IMG/VR virus record: IMGVR_UViG_3300044252_000020 | Coordinates: 1-39,281 of that record | From: a virus | Taxonomy: Duplodnaviria > Caudoviricetes | Strand: one strand, 5' to 3' | DNA: 39,281 nt | Shown: in pieces, positions 33,703 to 39,281 of the stretch | How positions within the stretch are numbered: position 1 is the stretch's first letter | How the letters are laid out: each line of letters begins with the position of its first letter | Notes under the pieces: model-generated | What the model saw: the letters and a program-made list of their open reading frames with translations, nothing else | Database searches by the model: none | Told to the model about the DNA's origin: nothing | Position numbers and translations under genes: made by a program

Positions 33703-33902
33703 CACAGGATGAAGCCCAGGAGCGGGCCGATCTGATCTGGCCTGGAGAGAAGCAGGTCCGCCTGCGTGAGGACGGCAGCGCGGACATCGAAGTACTGGTC
33801 AACGTGAAGGGCACGCCCTTCTACTATCACCGGCTGGACGGCTTCGGGCACACCGTCTGCCACGGCTGGTGCGCTCAGCTTGAGAAGGAGATCTCGACAT
33901 GA
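33699..33902 (+). CDS. Hypothetical protein
   Basis: GGAGG RBS, GTGA overlap. Confidence 0.6.
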   Translation: MTQDEAQERADLIWPGEKQVRLREDGSADIEVLVNVKGTPFYYHRLDGFGHTVCHGWCAQLEKEIST

Positions 33903-34123
33903 ATCCTGAGGACTTCCATCGCTCGATTCATACCGCGAGAGTCACTGGCAGCCCCCGCGTAACGGTGCATCTGGTCAGCGGTGAGCAGATCGACATCACG
34001 GGCCTGGGACCTGGACAAGCCGTCGAGCTGTTGCGCTCGCGTGGCATCAGCTCAGCGGACATCCTGCAGACGGTTTGGGTCCTGCCGAAGGGCACCATAG
34101 CGAAGGCGGATCTACCGCACTAG
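33899..34123 (+). CDS. Hypothetical protein
   Basis: AAGGAG RBS, ATGA overlap. Confidence 0.6.
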   Translation: MNPEDFHRSIHTARVTGSPRVTVHLVSGEQIDITGLGPGQAVELLRSRGISSADILQTVWVLPKGTIAKADLPH

Positions 34124-34130
34124 AACGGAT

Positions 34131-34385
34131 GACCTATGCACTACAAAAGTGCATGCGGAAGCATATGCGGAAGCAATGCGGAAGCAGGCCGAAAATCTGA
34201 TGGTATAACGCGCAGAGGGCGAACGACCTATGCACTCTAAAGGTGCATGCGTCCGCATCGATTCAGCATATGCGGTAGCAATGCTATTAAAAGATCAAAG
34301 ATCAAAGTACTTAGTACGTACAGACTTGGGGAGTACACAGGGGCTCGTTCCCGTACTCGTAGGACTAACTACTCTAAGATCTACC
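34131..34385. other. Putative replication origin (iterons plus AT-rich tract)
   Basis: ATGCGGAAGC at 34153, 34165, 34176 and ATGCGGTAGC at 34270; duplicated GACCTATGCACT...GTGCATGC at 34131 and 34225; AT-rich 34281-34322 with AAAGATC x2 and GTAC repeats. Confidence 0.75.
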
Positions 34386-34410
34386 GTCGCTTCGCGCCGG
34401 AAGGCATTTC

Positions 34411-34692
34411 ATGGAGAGAAAAGCCCACGGACGCAGGAGGCTGGCGGCCATTGCCCAGGCCCGAGAGCCCATCGGATTCAAGCAGCTCTGCGTGATTGCC
34501 AGAGCCACCCTGACGGAGGACCTGACCCAGGACAATTCGACCTGGAGCGAGGCGATCAAGTGCAGGCTGCTGGCCCTGGGCTTCGACTACCCGACAGACC
34601 AGGACGGCATGCATAAAGCCATGCGAGCTGTCGAGCACATCATCGAGCGACCACTGCCGGAGCTGCCACGGAGAGGCCAGTGCGGACGGTGA
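34411..34692 (+). CDS. Hypothetical protein downstream of the origin
   Basis: GAAGG upstream; GTGA overlap with rusA. Confidence 0.65.
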   Translation: MERKAHGRRRLAAIAQAREPIGFKQLCVIARATLTEDLTQDNSTWSEAIKCRLLALGFDYPTDQDGMHKAMRAVEHIIERPLPELPRRGQCGR

Positions 34693-35123
34693 CGTTCCAG
34701 GTATTCGGCAACGCAGCCCCGAAGGGCTCCATGAATGCCTTCATGCGTCCCGGTATGCGCTTCCCTGTGGTCACGCATGGCAACCGACGCACGAAGGACT
34801 GGCAGCATGCTGTGGCGGATGCAGCACAACGGGTCGCACTCGACGGACTCTTCTCAGGGCCAGTGACGCTGCGAGTCACGTTCGCTTTGCCCAGGCCGAA
34901 GAGTCTGCCGCGACGCATCACACATCACACGAAGATGCCCGACTTGGATAAGCTCGTGCGCTGTGTCAACGATGCCCTGACGGGCGTGCTGTACCGCGAC
35001 GATGCCCAGGTTGAAACGCTGGAGGCCCGCAAGGTCTATGCGCAGGACCCTGAGCCACCGCACGCGCTGATCACTCTTGAAGAGACTGCACCGACAGCGA
35101 CCACGCTGCCGCTGCTCCTGTAA
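34689..35123 (+). CDS. rusA: RusA family Holliday junction resolvase
   Basis: G..APKGS, W...V, GPV.L.VTF..PRPKS, PDLDKL.R.V.DALTG..YRDDAQV. Confidence 0.93.
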   Translation: MTFQVFGNAAPKGSMNAFMRPGMRFPVVTHGNRRTKDWQHAVADAAQRVALDGLFSGPVTLRVTFALPRPKSLPRRITHHTKMPDLDKLVRCVNDALTGVLYRDDAQVETLEARKVYAQDPEPPHALITLEETAPTATTLPLLL

Positions 35124-35136
35124 CGCCGGAGGACAC

Positions 35137-36612
35137 ATGCCACGCACCTGGGATCAAATCGTCACCGACTACGAATCACTCGCTGAGGACCTGAACGGCC
35201 TGAATGCAGAAGCCCGAGAGCTGGTAGACGGGGGCTCTGTGCCTCCTGAGCCACCGCCGAGCGGCGATGTCGTGTTCGTGCCGGAAGGGGAGAGCTTGCA
35301 GCTTGCACTCGATGCTGCTGCTGCCGGTGCTGTCATCGAGCTGGCGTCTGGTGCCTCCTATGTCGGGCGGGCGGTCATCCGCAATGCTGTGACGGTGAGG
35401 ACCCAGGGCGTGCAGGTGACAGGCCGAGTCACGCCGGAGACAGCAGGCCCCTTCGCCAAGCTGCCAGACGGACTCAAAATCAATCCAGGGACCTGCGATG
35501 TGCGCATCGAGCTGCTGTCCATTGGCGGAAAAAACCTGAACGACATTTGCGAGGTCGGTGCAGGTGACAGTGACCAGAGCACTGCGGACCTGCAGCCGAC
35601 GCGCATCACGTTTGAGCAAGTGCTCATCGTGGGCCATCCGACTGACGGCGCGAAGCGGGGCATTGCCGCGCAGGGGCGTGACGTGCAGGTGCTGCGCTCA
35701 CACATCGCAGACATCTTCCGCGCAGGACAAGACACGCAGTGCATCGGCGGCTGGAATGGCGAAGGCCCGTTCCTGATCGAGGACTGCTACCTTGCCGCAG
35801 CCGGCGAAAACATCATGTTCGGTGGCAGTGCGCCGAACATCCAGGGCTGCATTCCATCCGACATCGAGATCTGTGGTTGCACCATCACGAAGCCGATGGA
35901 GTGGAAGGGCTCCAGCTACACCGTGAAGAACCTGATCGAATTCAAGTCAGGTCGGCGCATCAACATCCATCACAACGAGATCAGCAACATGTGGCCTGCG
36001 GGACAGGCCTATGCGCTCGTGATCACTCCGTCGCAGTACGGCGATGAGCCTGACAACACGGTCGAGGATTATCTCTTCGAGCACAACACAGTGAAGAACA
36101 TCTCGAATGGTTTCAACATCCTCGGGCACGGGCAAAATCAGGACGACCGTCCGACGCAGACCTCCACGCGGCTGACGGTGCGTGACAATTGGTTTCAGAT
36201 CTCCCGGAAGGACTGCGGCGGCAATGGCTGGTTCGTGATGATCGGCAATGGTCCGCGAGAGCTGGTCATCGAGAACAACACCATCCAGACCGATGGGCCT
36301 GTCTACATTCAGGGCAATTCACCAGGGAAGAACACCGGGACGCCTGGATTCAAGTTCGTCGGCAACATCGTGCAGAACATTGGCGACTACGGGACCTCGC
36401 TGAATTACAACGGCACGGATCAGAAGCGGGGCAAGTACTGGCGGGAATACTTCGCGCCTGATGGCGTGATGCAGGGCAACGCCTATGCCGGTGACAAGTC
36501 GGAATTCAAAACGAATTTCCCTGACGACCTGCACGTCAGCACAGCGGAGGCTGCAGCCCTGGTCGTGGATGGCTATGGCGTCGGCGCGTTTGAAGGGTAC
36601 GGGCGACGATGA
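35137..36612 (+). CDS. Right-handed beta-helix (pectin lyase-like) protein
   Basis: ESLQLALDAAAAGAVIELA.G start of helix, repeated I.NN/F.HN/V.DN rungs; GGAGGA RBS. Confidence 0.8.
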   Translation: MPRTWDQIVTDYESLAEDLNGLNAEARELVDGGSVPPEPPPSGDVVFVPEGESLQLALDAAAAGAVIELASGASYVGRAVIRNAVTVRTQGVQVTGRVTPETAGPFAKLPDGLKINPGTCDVRIELLSIGGKNLNDICEVGAGDSDQSTADLQPTRITFEQVLIVGHPTDGAKRGIAAQGRDVQVLRSHIADIFRAGQDTQCIGGWNGEGPFLIEDCYLAAAGENIMFGGSAPNIQGCIPSDIEICGCTITKPMEWKGSSYTVKNLIEFKSGRRINIHHNEISNMWPAGQAYALVITPSQYGDEPDNTVEDYLFEHNTVKNISNGFNILGHGQNQDDRPTQTSTRLTVRDNWFQISRKDCGGNGWFVMIGNGPRELVIENNTIQTDGPVYIQGNSPGKNTGTPGFKFVGNIVQNIGDYGTSLNYNGTDQKRGKYWREYFAPDGVMQGNAYAGDKSEFKTNFPDDLHVSTAEAAALVVDGYGVGAFEGYGRR

Positions 36613-37172
36613 CTGCCCGACGACGCAGCAGCCGACCGAAGAAGCCGAAGCGTGTGGCGTATGAGCTGCTGCCACCGGACAACGCCGCATACAAACTCCT
36701 GTCTCGGCTCGTGAGTGAACATCACCGCGAGCTGATTGGAGCCAGCATCATGCTGGCGTGGTGCAGTTCCTGGCGGGCCGATGTGGATGGCCGCCAGACG
36801 CTGGGTCAGTGCAAGAAGGCCAGCGACCTAGATCGAGAGCTGGCCACGCACGACTTCGTGATCCTGCTGCAGCGAGACTTCTGGACGAATCCTGCCGTGG
36901 AGGACATGCAGCGTCGGGCCCTCCTGGACCACGAACTCTGTCACGCCACCGTGAAGCTCGATCCGAACACGCTGGAGCCACAGGAGGACGAGCGCGGGCG
37001 CAAGGTGTTCCGCGTGCGCAAGCACGACCTGGAAGAGTTCGCAGAGATTGCGCAGCGATATGGCTGCTGGAAGAAGGACCTGGAGAACTTCGCCCAGGCC
37101 CTGCAACGAGCCGAGGTACAGCCGGAGCTGCCGCTGCGCAGTGAGCAGGCCACAGCTCCACGCACGCACTGA
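36609..37172 (+). CDS. Putative phage metallopeptidase
   Basis: LG.CKKA, DFVILL...W, ALLDHELCH (HExxH), KHDLEEF..I..RYG.W. Confidence 0.88.
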   Translation: MTARRRSSRPKKPKRVAYELLPPDNAAYKLLSRLVSEHHRELIGASIMLAWCSSWRADVDGRQTLGQCKKASDLDRELATHDFVILLQRDFWTNPAVEDMQRRALLDHELCHATVKLDPNTLEPQEDERGRKVFRVRKHDLEEFAEIAQRYGCWKKDLENFAQALQRAEVQPELPLRSEQATAPRTH

Positions 37173-37177
37173 CCTCC

Positions 37178-37362
37178 GATGCTGCTGCGAATCCAGCCAT
37201 GCTCGCAGCAGCATCCTTCCTCGTGTGGTCCCGAGCGGGGCGGAGACTTCGGGACAACAGGGCAGCGCCAGCAGGGACGTTGAAGCGTCCGACTTCACTG
37301 CTGGCAGGCACGCTCGACAGCCTGTCCCGTCGCAGGCCCCCGTGCTTTGCTGAAATGTCGAG
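37178..37362 (+). ncRNA. Candidate structured non-coding RNA / cis-regulatory element
   Basis: Four consecutive stem domains in a 228-nt intergenic gap of an otherwise tightly coupled operon. Confidence 0.45.
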
Positions 37363-37400
37363 GGCAGATCGGAGAGACGGTCATTCGGAAGGAGAGCACG

Positions 37401-37568
37401 ATGCGCCTGATCTGCTTTGGCTGTGGCAAACCTGTCTCGTCGCCGGTACCTGACGAGACGATTGTGCGAGCAGTCCTCTACTGCCCGGAGTGCATACCGC
37501 GTGCGATCCGCGAGGACGCGCCGTCAATCCTGAACGGGCCAGAACTGCAGGAGCAGCAGGAGCCATGA
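37401..37568 (+). CDS. Small Zn-ribbon protein
   Basis: AAGGAG RBS; CFGC...CPEC. Confidence 0.7.
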   Translation: MRLICFGCGKPVSSPVPDETIVRAVLYCPECIPRAIREDAPSILNGPELQEQQEP

Positions 37569-37915
37569 ACCGCCGCGAACTACTCCAAACGCTCGCAGCT
37601 CTCCCGGTGGCAGCAGCCGTGCCGCTGCCGGTTGATCCTGTGGCAGCACTACTCGCCAAGGCGGCTGCGGGGGATCTCGGCCCCGTTGACGTGTGGGGAC
37701 ATCGGCGGCTGGTCGAGGACTTCGGCGTGTTCTTCCTGGTGACAGTCAACGGCACAGACGTAACGAACCGGTGCTACTACGCGGATGATCGTGCAGGGCT
37801 GGTGCGCTGCTTCAGGCACAACGGCAAAGGCCAGTGCTACTACGACCGTGCGCGTGATGAAGCTGCCCGCGAGGTCCTGCGCGGTCGCGTGCGCTTTGTT
37901 CCGAGGGCCGCGTGA
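37565..37915 (+). CDS. Hypothetical protein with twin-arginine-like N-terminus
   Basis: MNRRELLQTLAALPVAAA; AGGAG RBS. Confidence 0.7.
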   Translation: MNRRELLQTLAALPVAAAVPLPVDPVAALLAKAAAGDLGPVDVWGHRRLVEDFGVFFLVTVNGTDVTNRCYYADDRAGLVRCFRHNGKGQCYYDRARDEAAREVLRGRVRFVPRAA

Positions 37916-38220
37916 TGGCAAAGCCCGCACCGTTGGAAGTCTGTATCGGGGGGCGGCATGGCTGGTCATCGGCAGACCCATTCAACAGCGGCGACACCTG
38001 CGAGTGCGGACGCTACTACCTCAGGAAAAACGACCACGGCTTCCGCTTTGAAGTCTTTGACTCGCACGGCCATCTGTCAGCAGGTACTGCCTGGGATCTG
38101 CCGCTCGCTGATCTGCTGCGGGAACTGACGACCCTTGCACGGGCAGTGATCAAACACATGCAGCAGGACGATGACGCAGCAGAGGACTTCCAGCCACCGT
38201 CGAAAGGAGTGAAACGCTGA
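37915..38220 (+). CDS. Hypothetical protein
   Basis: Coupled to neighbours; C...H...CxC. Confidence 0.6.
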   Translation: MAKPAPLEVCIGGRHGWSSADPFNSGDTCECGRYYLRKNDHGFRFEVFDSHGHLSAGTAWDLPLADLLRELTTLARAVIKHMQQDDDAAEDFQPPSKGVKR

Positions 38221-38402
38221 TGCCTATCCCGCAGCCGATTGCTCGTCGCGCTATCAAACTCCTGCAGCAGTACCTCTCCACTGCGCATCGAGGTCCAGGT
38301 CCACAGAAGAAGAAGGGCATACCGGAGATCTGGACGGTTGACAACAGAGCACGCAAGCTGCTCATCGAGCTGGAAGAACTGGAGCGCAGCACCAGTGACT
38401 GA
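38220..38402 (+). CDS. Hypothetical protein
   Basis: AAGGAG RBS, TGATG overlap. Confidence 0.6.
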   Translation: MPIPQPIARRAIKLLQQYLSTAHRGPGPQKKKGIPEIWTVDNRARKLLIELEELERSTSD

Positions 38403-38607
38403 CCAGCGACTGATCGCAGACTGGCTCAGGCAAGCACTGAACCTGCAGCATGGACAGCCCGCCTTCGGCATGGCACGCACCATCGGGGAAGAACGCGAGC
38501 GGTGCGCCAAAGCCCTGGCCCGCCGCTGGCACATCCGCGTGCGCATCCTGCACCGCACGGACCTGGAGCGACGGCGCATCCAGGTCTGGGCACGAGGCGA
38601 CCGATGA
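38395..38607 (+). CDS. Hypothetical protein
   Basis: GGAG RBS, GTG start, ATGA overlap downstream. Confidence 0.55.
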   Translation: MTDQRLIADWLRQALNLQHGQPAFGMARTIGEERERCAKALARRWHIRVRILHRTDLERRRIQVWARGDR

Positions 38608-38810
38608 AGGAGGGCCGTCCTGCTTACCATCGGCGCAGTGACCTCAAGCGGCTGCAGGAGCATGCGCTGCTGGTGCCGCTTGTGGTCCAGGACAACGGGT
38701 CGGACTATGTGGTCCTCGCCCAGCACTCTGAACGGGAGCTGGTGCGCGGGCGCTATCAGGTCGTGCATGTCTACATCAGCGGCTGGCGGGATGCGCTGGC
38801 GCTCGCGTGA
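38604..38810 (+). CDS. Hypothetical protein
   Basis: GAGG RBS, ATGA overlap. Confidence 0.55.
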   Translation: MKEGRPAYHRRSDLKRLQEHALLVPLVVQDNGSDYVVLAQHSERELVRGRYQVVHVYISGWRDALALA

Positions 38811-38839
38811 ATGCGAGCAGGGGATAGGGGGATCAGGGG

Positions 38840-39202
38840 ATGGGGGGCATCATCGGCAGGACCTGCGCCCGCTGCGGGTCCATCGTCAAGGGACGCTGCC
38901 CTCGCTGTGAGCAGAAGGGAGACAGGGCCCGAGGCTCCGCTGCCAGTCGTGGCTACGATCCAGCCTGGGCTGCCCTGTCCAGAGCATGGCGGCTGCGGTA
39001 CCCCTGGTGCGGGCAACGCATGGATGGCCAGCTCTATCCTGAGCACTCACGGTGCGTGCAGCGGGGCGAGCGGCAACGGGCTCAGGTCACAGACCACATA
39101 CGCCCGCTGCGAGCTGGTGGAGACAAGACAGCCCCGAGCAACCTGCAGTCGCTCTGCGTCTCGTGCAACACGGCGAAAGGTTCCCGCGATGATACGAAAT
39201 AA
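38840..39202 (+). CDS. HNH endonuclease (HK97 gp74-like terminase cofactor)
   Basis: RGSAASRGYD..W...R......PWC...VTDHIRP...GG....SNLQSLCVSCN; terminal position before the packaging genes. Confidence 0.92.
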   Translation: MGGIIGRTCARCGSIVKGRCPRCEQKGDRARGSAASRGYDPAWAALSRAWRLRYPWCGQRMDGQLYPEHSRCVQRGERQRAQVTDHIRPLRAGGDKTAPSNLQSLCVSCNTAKGSRDDTK

Positions 39203-39281
39203 ATTTCTTGACAACGACGGCGCGGCGGCCCGACACGAGGGGAAGGGGCCTCGCAATCACGAGGCCCACCCGTCCTCAAAC

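Larger units (their letters stand above)
1..39281. mobile_element. Temperate tailed phage genome (HK97-type siphovirus organisation), probably complete
   Basis: Full ordered set of packaging, head, tail, integration, immunity, recombination and replication genes; HNH at the right end leads logically into the packaging genes at the left end; no host genes seen. Confidence 0.93.

Noticed and set aside
34230-34616. ORFs 34230-34616 and 34247-34495 as genuine genes
   Set aside because: They run through the iteron/AT-rich origin with atypical composition; treated as origin sequence, at most a linker remnant

Overview
The window looks like an essentially complete ~39.3 kb, GC-rich temperate tailed phage (HK97-fold siphovirus layout), apparently opened at its cos site. 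The rightward late arm (43-21497) has a ParB-like gene and a GREB1/TAGT-like glycosyltransferase, then terminase, portal, S49 protease, major capsid, head-tail, tail tube, a frameshifted tail chaperone, tape measure, tail tip, a multidomain glycoside hydrolase and small membrane proteins. A candidate attP with arm-type repeats follows, then a leftward arm (21855-28245) with an atypical tyrosine integrase, small ORFs, an orphan DUF433 gene and an XRE repressor. The rightward early/middle arm (28533-39202) carries Cro, Xis-like, Bet, exonuclease, a Mom-like GNAT, a stand-alone DUF1376 initiator with a displaced iteron origin, RusA, a beta-helix protein, a metallopeptidase and an HNH. Most notable: an integrase lacking both canonical catalytic arginines beside an attP that resembles a tRNA 5' end; a ParB-glycosyltransferase module with no TET partner; a structured, possibly pseudoknotted intergenic RNA at 37178-37362; a split initiator/origin; and an RHH plus Sm-like pair between terminase and portal. 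All family calls come from motif recognition by eye, not database searches.
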